NCBI RefSeq assembly: GCF_011745625.1
Contig: NW_027191475.1
Coordinates: forward strand, 186,001 to 250,000
Origin: Cladosporium halotolerans
Lineage: Eukaryota
Reading direction: 5' to 3'
Length of the DNA: 64,000 bases
Below the pieces are notes generated by a model. It was given only the letters and a program-made list of their open reading frames with translations. It did no database searches and was not told the DNA's origin. Position numbers and translations under genes: made by a program. This document shows positions 1-11,416 of the stretch, piece after piece. The first letter of the stretch is position 1; each line of letters starts with the position of its first letter.

Positions 1-2
1 CT

Positions 3-1805
3 CGCACTGGCAGCTCTGCGTTCAGTCCTCGGAGCATGTCACAGGATGTTCCAACGGTCTCGGTCGTGAACAACAACAGTAGAAGATCTTCCAAATACGA
101 TCAGGGAGTTGTTACCGCCGGAAGTACAGTCGCAGAAGTGGCGAAGGGCGCAAATGCGCAATCGACTCCCCCGGTTCAGCGCTCCACCAGCAGCTCTGCG
201 TTCGGTCCTCGGGGCATATCACAGGATGATCCAACGGTCGTGCACACCAGCACCGGAGCATCGCCTGCTGAAGGAGAACCGCGTTCTAGCACGTCCGTGT
301 CTGGCACGCCCGCTACACGTCCGCCCGTCTTTTCGGACAAGCTCACCCTGGCTTTCGACTACCCAACGGGTAAGTTTGAGACCGCCGTAGAGCTGACCTG
401 CGATACGAAAGAAGACTGCACAACTCTCATGAACACTCTGGGTTCTCCCTGCCGCCTCAAATTGGCGAAGGTGATAACCGCCGCGGAGCTGCAGAAGCTC
501 ACGAGCGTGCTTGAGAAAGGCGCGACTCTCCCGAGCGGGCAGATCTCAGCCGATGATGCGCAAAAGGGCCAAGTCGAGAAGTTCGCGGCTACGTGCAAGT
601 CGAACGTCTCCTGTGGCGTCGCACAGGAACCGTCATTCACCCTGTTAGTGGTCCCTTCCGGAGCGCCGGAGTGGGAATTCCTCCGCAGTGCAAACGTTAC
701 GGCCAGTCTGAAGCAGCCACTGGGGTTCAAGCTGCTACCACCCCTGCCAACGAACAGCAAAAACGATCCGAAAGCGGCTTCGCCAGATGCACCCCATAGT
801 ACTACTCCCCACGAGTCTGTGACGAGCCCTGTCGATCCTATGGAGCTCGAAGTAGACGATATGCTCGGTCAACACGATACAAGGGCTTTCGTAATGATCC
901 CACCGAACCCACTTCCGGAATACTGGCACATGCTTAAGGTCTTGAAGAGCCGAAAGAACTTGAAGGTGGTGCAATCGCAAGACTTGAATGATTGGAGCAA
1001 ATGGTTGGACGACGACCACAGATCGGCCTTGGTCGTCATACCTCTTGAGATCAAGCTGTATCACATCCCTCGACTGGCCGAAGTTCTCCACAAGAGACCC
1101 GCCTATCACGTTTGGTGCGCCGGGTTCAACGAATGGCTAGCACGTTGGGAGCGACGCGAGCCGAAGTTCGAGTGCCAGCAACTATTCCTCTCCGGCGATG
1201 CGGTCTTCATCTCTGACGATGTCATTCTCCAAACGCCGGACAAAGCACTCGCCATCATCGATGTCGTCAAGCGCATGAACGCTGGCAAGCCACGTGGAGC
1301 CGCCAGGTGCAAAGTCGCCGCTCGGCCCGGGATCAGATCCTGGCTCTTTGAGCTCGTCAAGACGATGAGCGGAGAACCCGAGAACGAAGACAAAAGATGG
1401 GTGAGCTTGTGGGAGGCCGTCGACGACCTCTGCCCCCTGGAGCTGCGGTGTAAGCTCTGGCCAGAAAACCCCTCGGAAGCCGCAGACATCATCTCCGTGG
1501 CTCCGGAGTCGATGAGTCCTTTCGCGGAGCTGGCGGTAAAGAAGCCAGACGAGGCGACGGATTCCGCCGTCAACTGGTTCGCCGGCTGGGCTTTCATGAA
1601 CTCGGACAAGTTCCGCCGCTTCACCATCTGCCATCAAGTGCCTGGCACGGGCACGAAGACTGTCGACGCCGACTTCAACACTGTCATAGTGGGAGCTGAG
1701 TCGGACCCGCGCAAATGGGCCAATGAGTATCCCTACGTCGCGGTCATGACGCCGGATGATTGGCTCAAGGAGCAGAGGGAGAAGGCGAGCATGAAGAAGA
1801 AGTGA
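3..1805 (+). CDS. 5'-truncated protein, C-terminal region resembles filamentous-fungal Chp1-like chromodomain proteins
   Basis: Frame is open from the window edge (RTGSSAFSPRS precedes the M at 36) to TGA at 1803-1805. Motifs LFxxGxAVFISDDV..P.KAL, KVAARPGIRSWL and VNWFAGWAFMNSDKFRRF recall fungal Chp1-like C-termini. No chromodomain is visible in the window. Confidence 0.5.
   Translation, partial: RTGSSAFSPRSMSQDVPTVSVVNNNSRRSSKYDQGVVTAGSTVAEVAKGANAQSTPPVQRSTSSSAFGPRGISQDDPTVVHTSTGASPAEGEPRSSTSVSGTPATRPPVFSDKLTLAFDYPTGKFETAVELTCDTKEDCTTLMNTLGSPCRLKLAKVITAAELQKLTSVLEKGATLPSGQISADDAQKGQVEKFAATCKSNVSCGVAQEPSFTLLVVPSGAPEWEFLRSANVTASLKQPLGFKLLPPLPTNSKNDPKAASPDAPHSTTPHESVTSPVDPMELEVDDMLGQHDTRAFVMIPPNPLPEYWHMLKVLKSRKNLKVVQSQDLNDWSKWLDDDHRSALVVIPLEIKLYHIPRLAEVLHKRPAYHVWCAGFNEWLARWERREPKFECQQLFLSGDAVFISDDVILQTPDKALAIIDVVKRMNAGKPRGAARCKVAARPGIRSWLFELVKTMSGEPENEDKRWVSLWEAVDDLCPLELRCKLWPENPSEAADIISVAPESMSPFAELAVKKPDEATDSAVNWFAGWAFMNSDKFRRFTICHQVPGTGTKTVDADFNTVIVGAESDPRKWANEYPYVAVMTPDDWLKEQREKASMKKK
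11..239 (+). repeat. Two ~50-bp in-frame coding repeats 180 bp apart
   Basis: cagctctgcgttcagtcctcggagcatgtcacaggatgttccaacggtc (11-59) vs cagctctgcgttcggtcctcggggcatatcacaggatgatccaacggtc (191-239); peptides SSAFSPRSMSQDVPTV and SSAFGPRGISQDDPTV. Confidence 0.85.
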
Positions 1806-2027
1806 TGTGAAGACATTGGACAATGCTCAAAAAGCCTCATCGGCTCAGGGAGCAGAGAACAAAAAAAAAACCGAGCGTGGCGAATGGTAAGTGATGTGAG
1901 GACATTGGACAAAGCTCGCAAGGCCTCACTGGCTCAGGCAGCAGAGAGAGAAATCGAACATGGCGAATGAGAAATCAGGCGAGGACTGGACAATGCTCGA
2001 AAAGCCTCATTGGCTCAAGGAGCAGAG

Positions 2028-2066
<39 letters not shown>

Positions 2067-2119
2067 GAGCGTGGCGAATGATAAGTGAAATGAGGACGTT
2101 GGACGTGCTCGAAAAGCCG
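1761..2119 (+). repeat. Degenerate tandem repeat, 4 units of ~80-108 bp, the first overlapping the stop codon
   Basis: Units start YGGCTCARG at 1761, 1841, 1930 and 2011 and share AGCAGAG..CGARCRTG..GAC(A)TTGGACAATGCTC..AAAGCC. The A-tract reaches 36 nt in unit 4 (2028-2063). Confidence 0.9.
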
Positions 2120-2369
2120 TTCTGTGGCTGTAATTCACGTCTTCGATAGTGAGGTAGTAAAATCGTGAGCGAGAATCCGCTCGAGAAAAAAAAGTCTCAA
2201 TGACTGTCATGGTCCTCATGCTTGATGCCATCTAGATCTATGTTTTCGTCGCCCATTACCGTTGTTCATTGCCAGAATCGTAAACCCAACGAAACTTCGC
2301 CTCCGTCAACATTAAGCGAGCAATCTGCTCTCTCGTTCCCCCTTACCATCGCAATCGCATCAACACCAC

Positions 2370-3329
2370 CTACTGCATCTGCAACCTGACCGCCCTCCCC
2401 ACCGCCACCTCCAACGACTCCACCCCCTCCTCCATCCCCACGACCCCATTGTCCCTCTCCTTCTCGTACAGCGTCCCGCCCTCCGTCCAAATCCTTCTCA
2501 AACTCAATGGCACCGCTCGCGCCTCGCCCCGCGCCCACGCCTCCTTCTCCAACCGCTTCAGCGCCGGCAAGTCCGTCACGCTCACTTCCCACTTCTCGCC
2601 GCCGCTCTGCCGCTCAAATTCTGCGAGGATCTCCGCCGGCGTCGTCGTGAAGCTGTTGCAGAGCAGCGCGCGGTTCTTGCTCTCTACGGGATGTAGCAGG
2701 GCTGCGACTACGAGTTGGCCCACGTCGCGCATGGTTGTGAGGTTGATCTGCGCCGCCGGGTCGCCAAGCAGCACGGCGCGCTTGCGGCGCACGTCGAAGG
2801 ACCCGCCTGCTTCGTTCTCGGGCGAAGAAGCAGACAAGTACAGCCCGCGGTCCGCGTCCGCGTAGGGTCCTGTGACGAGGTACGTGTACTCGAGGTCCTT
2901 GGTCTCCGTCAGGGCGGCGCGCACGCGCAGCTTGGCCTGGTGCGGCAGCTCCGCGGCGCTGGCGGCATTGTGCACGACGTCGGTGCCGTACTCGGAGGGG
3001 AAGAAGCGGCGCACGTCCGGGTGGCGGTCGGCGAGGGCGACGAGCTGCAGCTGCGCGGCGATGACGGCGCGCCCGACGCAGGAGACGACGGTGTCGATGC
3101 CGGTGAGGGCTTCGCGCACGTCGTCGGCCAGGTGGATGTCGCCGACGATGATCTCGACGCCTTGCGCGCGGAGGCCGTCGACGAAGGCGGACTTGGTGAA
3201 GATTGTGTTGGCCGAGGTGAAGAGGGCGATGCGGTTGAAGTGCTGGCGGGCGGCGACGATGGCGTTGCTGATGTGTTCGCCGATCAGGCCGGTGCCGCCG
3301 ATTATGAGGATGTTGGAGGTGGTGGTCAT
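2370..3329 (-). CDS. NmrA-like / isoflavone reductase family NAD(P)-binding protein
   Basis: 319-aa intronless ORF; Rossmann motif ILIIGGTGLIG, plus GIDTVVSCVG, VRRFFPSEYGTD and YTYLVTGPYAD. Confidence 0.9.
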   Translation of the reverse strand: MTTTSNILIIGGTGLIGEHISNAIVAARQHFNRIALFTSANTIFTKSAFVDGLRAQGVEIIVGDIHLADDVREALTGIDTVVSCVGRAVIAAQLQLVALADRHPDVRRFFPSEYGTDVVHNAASAAELPHQAKLRVRAALTETKDLEYTYLVTGPYADADRGLYLSASSPENEAGGSFDVRRKRAVLLGDPAAQINLTTMRDVGQLVVAALLHPVESKNRALLCNSFTTTPAEILAEFERQSGGEKWEVSVTDLPALKRLEKEAWARGEARAVPLSLRRIWTEGGTLYEKERDNGVVGMEEGVESLEVAVGRAVRLQMQ

Positions 3330-3909
3330 TGTTTTGGAGGTTTGTCGGTGAGGTGAGGTGGGGTTTTGTGGGGTTGTGGGTTGTGGGTTAGTGAGGTGTG
3401 TTTGGTGGAGGTGCTGTCTACGCTGTGGAGTAGACTGGAGGGCTCAAGTTGGCATCATAATCACTTTGCAGAGGGTTGAGAGAACTGTCGTGAGAGGGCA
3501 GTTTGACAAACAGAACATGGAGAGACCACATGTTTGCGGTGGTGTTATTATTATTCCGGTGAATCAATGGCAGGCAGGCGGTCCCAAGTCCCCCGCCAAT
3601 GAACGAAGACGTCGGCCAAGCGTGGCCGAACACGTTGTCTCCACCCGCCGCTCTCCGCCAACCGCCCTGCCCCACCGCAAAACCTGGGGTGACTGCAACA
3701 AGATGCCTTGCTGCTCAGCTCGCATCGGACGATCACGGGGAGAAGCAATTGCTTTGGTGATCAATGCTGTCAATTGGGCCGTTATCTGCAGAGAGAAGAA
3801 TGCCATCCTGGCTCCCGTGATCGGCCACCCATCTTGAAGCAACCCGGTGCGTTCCGTCTTCTCGGTGCATGCTGCACACGGGCGGTATAGACCTGCAGAC
3901 TTGGAGGGT

Positions 3910-5981
3910 ATGGATTACACATTTGTGTCTCAATTCTCGGGAGATGGCCCTAAACGCCGCCGATTAGCGAAGGCATGCGACGCCTGTCGGTCCCGCAAAG
4001 TACGCAATGTCTCTTCAAGTTTTTCAACATCACAGCTGACACCTATCAGAAACGATGCGTTCACTTCGCCGTGGAAAGGAAGACAAACCGCAACGATGAC
4101 AACTCACCCGCTGGAAACGGCACAAGGCATCACTCGAGCACGGAAAACACCTCCCCAGCCTTCTCCGGCGACAATGCCACGCCACGCAGCCTGACTAATG
4201 GCACCGCGCAAAGCAATGGCCGGAAAGGCACTCAGAGGCGCATGTCTCTCTCCGCGCTGATGGACTCGACCGCCCAGCGATTCATCAGCGACCTGCACCC
4301 TGAAGCCGGCTTCTTCGAGCGCAACTCGTCCGACCCGCGGCATCCCTGTGCTAAGGCGACGGCGAATGTGGGCGTCTGGGTCGACAAGCACGAGTGGGAC
4401 GAGCTCATCAGGCAGAGAGATGCTGCGTATGCCAGCGGCAGAGGCGATGCACCGGCTGGGTCCTCTGCTGGTGGACGGTCAACTCTGCCCAAGCCCCAAG
4501 CCTCGCAGATGGACGGGTTGGTCGATGTGTATTTCCGCAAGCTACATCCTATTCTACCCTTCATCGACGAGCTGGAGTTCCGAGAAGCTTACGCCGCAGG
4601 CGTTGTGCCTGAGCCATACGTGCACGCTATCTGCCTAGTAGCCGCGAAGGACACCGAAGCGGAGCCTTTCTTGCGCCATACCGACTCCAACACTCCAATC
4701 GCGCCCCGAGAGTTCTGCAGCAGCCTACAGCAATCGGTCAAGCAGGCCCTCGCAACATCCTCCAAATACGACCGCCTCACCCTCATCCGCATGAACGCCC
4801 TGATGTCCTTCCACATCGAAGGCCCCGAAGGCGCCGAGGACGCCTCCCTCTTTGTAACCCAAGCAATGCACCACTGCCAAACCCTCGGCCTCCACCTCGG
4901 CCAGCAATCCAGCCTGCCAACCCGCAGCACGCGGCCGATGAAACTCCTCTTCTGGGTCATCTGGACGCTCGACCGCTTCAACGCCGCCATCAACGGCCGG
5001 CCCATCATCATGGCCGACCACGACATCGCCATCGAGCCCATCGAGCCCAACGAAAGCGCCTTCCCGGCCTTCGAGATCTTGCTGCGCATCGCCCACATCA
5101 TGAACGACGTCATCAGCTTCTACCGGCCTGGCAACCCGCCGACAGTCACAGGCTGGGAGCACGCCTTCCCCGCCTTCGAAGACCTCCTCACCGACCTCCA
5201 CGGCTGGTCCCTCCCGCCACCCCTCCTCGCAACCCTGCACATCGCCTACCTCGCCACGGCAATCCTCTCCCACCGCTCCAGCTCCAAACCCCCCGCCCAC
5301 CCCACAACCCCAACCCCAACCCCAACACCCACCCGCCCCCCCTCCCACACCCGCCAAACCCTCTCCGCAATCCACCTCACGCGCCTCACCACCCCCTCCC
5401 GCCTACCGACGCTCCACGCCCTCCCCATTCTCCCCTACGCCATCTCCCTCGCGCTCTCCGTCGCCTACCAGCGCCTGCGCCAAGACGCCCTCCGGCACGC
5501 GCAGGAAGACGCGCGCGCGGACTTCGAGGCCTGCTGCGCTTCCCTGCGCGCTCTGCGGCCCGCCTGGAGCTCCGCGGACGCGATGGCGGGGCTGGCGGAG
5601 AAGGTGCTGGGGGAGCTGAGGAGGGCTCCTGTGGGCGTTGGAGATGGGGTGGGGGCGGGGAAGGAGGGCAGGGTGCTGGCGGGGTTCGCGAATGCGTGTA
5701 GGGATTCGGGGGAGCCGGTTGTGGATGGGAGGAGGAATGGGGTGGCCGAGGGGGAAGGGGAGGGGGTGCTGGGGGATGGGTTGGTTGGGGGCGCGGAGGA
5801 GGGGTTGGGGTTGCTTGAGGGGGGTGCGCAGGGGCAGGGCCAAGGCCAGGGGCTGTTTGAGGGGATCGATGATATTTTCGGGACGTATTTGGACCCGAAC
5901 TATCCGGTGAATTTGGAGGATTTGGCGTTTTTGGATGATTTGGGGGGTGGGGAGTGGGCGGCGCCGCCGTCGGGGGTGTGA
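3910..5981 (+). CDS. Fungal-specific transcription factor (Fungal_trans middle region) with truncated Zn cluster; join(3910..3999,4050..5981)
   Basis: Intron 4000-4049 (GTACGC..CTGAC..TCAG) joins KRRRLAKACDACRSRK to KRCVH. Contains YFRKLHPILPFID and LFWVIWTLDRFNAAINGRP. Confidence 0.88.
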
Positions 5982-8900
5982 TGGGGAGGGAAGGGGGGGT
6001 TTCCGTGGGTTGTGAGAATCGTCGTGCGTGCGATGGGGTAGAGATTTGTGGAGGAAGGAGATGGTGAGGACTCGTGAAGGCAATGAGGGAAGTACCTCCT
6101 GCTGTACTTACTAAATTCTCAAGTATCTTACCGAAGCCGGAAAACTGCTGTGAACATTGAGCGAGTTGGACAATCTCGCTGGCGCGGCGCTGTACGGATG
6201 CCAGTACTATCAGCGAAGCGAGATCGAGAGGTCGAAGTGCCAGAGAGAGAGAGAGATCGGATACGCCGAAGCGGGCTGATGTCGCCTTCAAGGGTCTACG
6301 CCAAGACTCTCAAGTCCTTGCACTCCCTACCGACTGCGGATAGCCAGAAGCTTGAGCCAGTGAGAAGATACCTTGAATCAGCTACTTACGGGTTCAAGAA
6401 GAAGTGAACATCTCGCGCGCGGGTATCATGGAGAAAACCATTACCAAACCCCACACAGTCGCAGAAACAGTCGAGAAGTCGGAAGCGACTTCCAGCGGCA
6501 AGATGTTCCATCTTCGCGCTCAGATCATCGCAATCCATCCTGGAAGCATATGCTTATCCAAAAACTAGAAAAACAACAGGCTGCTGTCGCCCTAGAAAAT
6601 GCAATGTCTGCTGTTTTCTTTCTCCCTCGCGCATCAAGCTGTCCATGTATTCACATCCCTACCTTCTGCGATGCCACCTGTCTCTGTTGCGCCACTGGAG
6701 GCAGCGCGCGGGCTGTAGTTTTTCTCACGCGTGTAAAGCGGAATCTTCAGTAGGAGGATAGTCCGGTTTCCAGAAATGTCCTGGCGATCTGACTTCGTTT
6801 TGGTATCGGCGTGGACGATGTCGGGTTCGGACCGGAGCATTGCCCGTGGAAACGTGCTGATAAGTCGCATTCACGGCCTTGGAGTGAGGACGGAAACTGA
6901 TTGCGCTGCCATTCTGGACTCTGGTGGCTGATCAGGCGCGTCGCATCATTATCGAAGCGGTAGGTGTGATCGGAGCGTAGCGCAAATGGTCTGTCCATGC
7001 AACAACGTTGCTCTGTTTTTCTTCAAGATCCAGGGTTGCAAATTGCAACGACCTTTTCGCCGAATGTGTTCATTGTTTCTTCGCATCGCAGTGGCGTGAA
7101 TGAGACATGGATTCGGGCAGTCTAGGTTCAATGATCAATTTCGCGTGGCGTGAGTGCGTTCCTCAACAAACCAAAGGGAAGAACAGAGCAAGGAAAGACG
7201 TCAGATGCTTCCTACCAGTTTGGGCGAGTCTCTTTGTCGCCGCCGCCGCCACGTCGCCGCAATCGCAATGCTAGGTAGCTACGCACGCGTGCGATCTCGC
7301 AGACGGATGCAGCATTGCAGACGTGACTGCTGAGCCCTAAGGCAGGCAATGCTCATGCCCTGCACCTTCCTTCCGCGCGAAACGAGCGGCGGACCGCGGA
7401 CTCGGCGCTTCTTCTGAACAGAACGAGAAAAATGCCGCACGACTGGTAAGGTAAGGCGTTCTCGCGGACGGCAATTGTCAAGGTGTCCAGAAGACAGTAA
7501 GTTACGATGGAGACGAGACGACAAGAGAGTGGATGGCTTGCGGCGACAGTGCGGCAAGGGGCGCGAGAAGTACGGCAGCGAGATCCACGGTGTGTGTTCG
7601 GACAATGATGCTCCGCGGCGGGAAGAGTAAACAGCTCGATTTCGATGGTGCATGTATGTAGTATGTAGTAGCGAGACTCAGGGGGTCCGGCGGGAAGGAT
7701 TGAGGGTGCAGGAAGGGAAGCGAAGGGAAGAATGGCGGGATGTTTGCGGACTTTGTGAGCGCGCGAAGGAAGATCGCTGGTTTTGATTGATGGATTGGTT
7801 GGCTGGATTGAAAACGGAAAAGGCTTCCGATGCACCGAAGGCGTGTCAGGCGTGTCAGGGCTCTGGAATGGGAGGAAAGTTCCCGCGCCCACCCAGGATG
7901 ATTAGAGTTGGCGGGGAAGGGCTGGCTGGGCGTGGAGAGCGAGTGGCTGCGCTTGCCGGGCGGAGAGCTTGGGTGCAGTAGCTGGATGATAGCTCTACTA
8001 CTGAGAAGCTGCATTGCGGTATAGCTCAAAAATGTGCTTTGCAATGGTGATTTCTACAGCTATACCATGCTCCTCTGCGCGCTGTGAAGATGTCCTTCCT
8101 CCACCCCGACCACCTGGATGGCCGCGGATGGGCTGTGACGACGCCATGATGGGTCCTTACATCACTCCCTCGCCCGACGCGCCCGGCAATTGTGGCGCCA
8201 GCTTTCCCCAGACTCGCCGCTGCGGCTCAAGCTCCGACCCGGCGCGCAGCACTCGTCAAGCCTCGACTATCACCATCCGCTCCAACCCTTCAAGCCTCGC
8301 GCAGCTTCCGCAATATCTCCACCCTGCCCTGTCTCGCCTGCTGGTGCTGCCTCTCCCTCGCAGACCGGCATCCCTCCTGCGGCTACGGCGGCACGCGGCG
8401 GAAGCAGGGCACACGCCCGCCCTGACTGCCACGCGCGCGAAGACATGCACACCCCGCTCGCGCGAGACGATTGTGAGGCAGGGCCTGGACGCCTTGGGAA
8501 TTGCCGAGCAGACGGGCGGCGCGTGTCGAGCGAGAGAGGAGCGCGATGCCAGCGAAGGCTGCTGGGCCGAGTGGGGTCGAGACGTCAGCTGGTCCGTCCG
8601 GTTCGCTCAGCCGTCCAATGCGTACGCGATTCAATGGACGGCGGAAGATCAGTGGTGGTGGCCGCAGCAGCAATGCGACCACACCGAGCCGGCGAGCACA
8701 CGCCCCGAAGATGAGCGGCGGCCGGTTGCTTGCTCGCGTGCCTCGTTGGCGAACAGGCGACGCGCTCGCCCTCCACACGCCCGGCGAGGATGGACTGGCA
8801 GAGCAGAGACCGTAGTTATCGTTACCTAGCTCCTATCCATATCTGGCCGCGCACCCCACTGCTGATGCTGGCATCCACCGCCCAGCTCGCAGGTATAAGT

Positions 8901-9310
8901 AAAGAGCAGTGGCACGACGGCGATTGCTCGTCCTTCCCCTCACAACATCAGCCTCCCAAGCACCCAAGCGACCAAGCCAACACCGCGACATCCGCCCGTC
9001 CATCCACCCGCAGCACCGTCGCGCGTTTCACTCTGCCCTCCGCAGCCTCTCCACCGCCGCCGCTGATTTGACATCGCTATCCCCGCCCCTACCATAGCCG
9101 GTAAGAGATCCCCGCGTCATCTCGCCCGAAGCGGGCGTCTAGCACGACCAGCTGCCGGCCGCCTGCCACCCGCACGACCCTGGAGCTTTTGAGCTAACCC
9201 GATGACGGCTTGTCTAGGTAATCGCTCGATCACCTACATAACCACCGCCGGTCGTCCACCTTCACCAACTTCGCCTCCTCCTCACCACTCTTCATACAAT
9301 CTCATTCACA

Positions 9311-10828
9311 ATGGTATTTGCTCGCTCTGCCATCAACCTCGCCCGCCCGGCCGGCTCGCTGTTCGCTCAGCGCGCCGCGCCCCGCACTGCCTTCTCCCAA
9401 CTCGGTGGGGTCAGAACGCTGACGGCCTCTTCCTCGCGACAGGGCAAGGTTCTGCTTTGTTTGTACGACGTAAGTCTTGAATTATCCCACTTCTCACTCA
9501 CGGGCTCAACGGAGCTCCTGCAAGCTTCGAACAATCCATTGACACTTTCCTCCAGGGCAAGGAGCACGCCAAGCAAGAGCCTGGCCTCCTCGGTACCACA
9601 GAGAACGAGCTCGGTATCCGCAAATGGCTCGAGGACCAGGGCCACACCCTCGTCACCACCTCCGACAAGGAGGGTGAGAACAGCGTCTTCGAGAAGGAGA
9701 TGGTTGACGCCGAGGTCATCATCACCACTCCGTAAGTCAATTCGCCTTTGCAATAAATCTCAATGGCACCTCAATGGTTGGCTTCCAGCTATAGGACCAT
9801 TTAAAAAAAAAAAAGACACGGAACAAAAAAAAATGAAACAACAAAACACCCAACAAAACTAACACCACCACCAGCTTCCACCCCGGTTACCTCACCGCCG
9901 AGCGCCTGCGCAAGTGCAAGAACCTCAAGATCGCCGTCACCGCCGGCATCGGCTCCGACCACGTCGACCTGAACGTCGCCAACGAGACCAACGGCGGCAT
10001 CACCGTCGCCGAGGTCACCGGCTCCAACGTCGTCTCCGTCGCCGAGCACGTCGTCATGACCATCCTCGCGCTCGTCCGCAACTTCGGCCCCGCCCGCGAG
10101 CAGATCGCCCGCGGCGACTGGGACGTGGCCGAGGCGGCCAAGAACGAGTTCGACCTCGAGGGCAAGGTCGTCGGTACCGTTGCCGTCGGCCGCATCGGCG
10201 AGCGCGTCCTCCGCCGCCTCAAGCCCTTCGACTGCAAGCAGCTGCTCTACTTCGACTACCAGCCTCTGTCCGCCGAGAAGGAGAAGGAGATCGGCTGCCG
10301 CCGCGTCGAGAGCCTCGAGGACATGCTCGCCCAGTGCGACGTCGTCACCATCAACTGCCCGCTGCACGAGAAGACCCGCGGCCTCTTCAACAAGGACCTC
10401 ATCTCCAAGATGAAGCCTGGTATGCACCCACCCTCTCCAAGTCAGCCTTCATCATATCGAATGCTAACCCCTCCCCAGGCTCCTGGCTCGTCAACACCGC
10501 CCGCGGCGCCATCGTCGTCAAAGAAGACGTGGCCGCCGCGCTCGAGTCCGGCCAGCTCCGCGGCTACGGCGGCGACGTCTGGTTCCCGCAGCCGGCGCCC
10601 AAGGACCACCCGCTGCGCACCGCCAGCTACAAGGGCTGGGGCGGCAGCGCCGGCAACGCCACCGTCCCCCACATGTCCGGCACCAGCCTCGACGCCCAGA
10701 AGCGCTACGCCACCGGCACAAAGAACATCCTCCAGAGCTACTTCAGCGGCAAGCACGACTACAGGCCCGAGGACCTCATCGTGCATAAGGGCGATTACGC
10801 TACTAAGGCTTATGGGCAGAGGAAGTAG
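9311..10828 (+). CDS. FDH1: NAD-dependent formate dehydrogenase; join(9311..9469,9556..9731,9875..10419,10479..10828), optional intron 9314..9442
   Basis: [61 protein letters not shown]. Three canonical introns restore the frame. Confidence 0.97.
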
Positions 10829-11353
10829 ACGAGAGGGGCTAATGGAGAGGGATGGCTGGGATGTTCCGCATTATGATTTCCCCTGCGGGATGTTTGGCTG
10901 GCGTCGCTGGGAGGGAGACAGGAGACAAAGTGTAAGGTAGAAGAAGAAGGCTTAAGGAAAGAAAGGAAAGAAAGAGAGAAATGACACGAATGAACCCTTT
11001 TACACAATTCAATCTACTTGACTCAAATCTTTCCCCTATTTTCAACCCGCAAGTCGCGACTATATCGTATCGAACAACTCTCCTCGTCGCCTCGTCCTCC
11101 AACAGCCTTGCCATATTGTACTCGGAATAGACTCCGGTCCCCGAGCGCCAGACATCGCACCGTATTGTGCCCTTCCATGAACGAACGCTCCTCCCGTCCC
11201 CAAGCAAAGCAAAGCAAAGCAAAGCGCAAAAACCGCACCTTAGCGTACTGGAAATTCCCACCCGATGGAACAAAAGGCGTGTTTAGTCTGGGACCCAACC
11301 CAACCGAACCGTCTAGGTGCCAGGTACTGCTGCCCATCGCGCGCGAGATGAAA

Positions 11354-11416
11354 TAACCCTAACCCCCTCTACCCCAGCCCTAACCCTACCAACCCTTTCT
11401 TGGGGTGGGGTGGGGT
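11354..11416. repeat. Short interstitial telomere-like (CCCTAA) motifs followed by a (GGGGT)3 run
   Basis: TAACCCTAACCC at 11354-11365, CCCTAACCCTA at 11378-11388, GGGGTGGGGTGGGGT at 11402-11416. Confidence 0.55.

Noticed and set aside
2028..2063. Poly(A)36 as a retroposon tail
   Set aside because: It sits inside a tandem-repeat unit whose other copies have shorter A-tracts; no target-site duplication or RT sequence seen.
5386..6291. Pro-rich antisense ORFs over the transcription factor 3' end (and similar shadows over MSO1, MSS1, ASST, EDE1)
   Set aside because: Explained by G/C skew and high GC content of the real gene on the other strand.
8014..8829. 271-aa ORF upstream of FDH
   Set aside because: Non-ATG start call, Arg/Pro/Ala-rich composition typical of GC-rich non-coding DNA, no motifs or codon bias.
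2370..10828. NmrA-like + transcription factor + FDH as a metabolic gene cluster
   Set aside because: Adjacency only; no backbone enzyme, transporter or shared motif identified.
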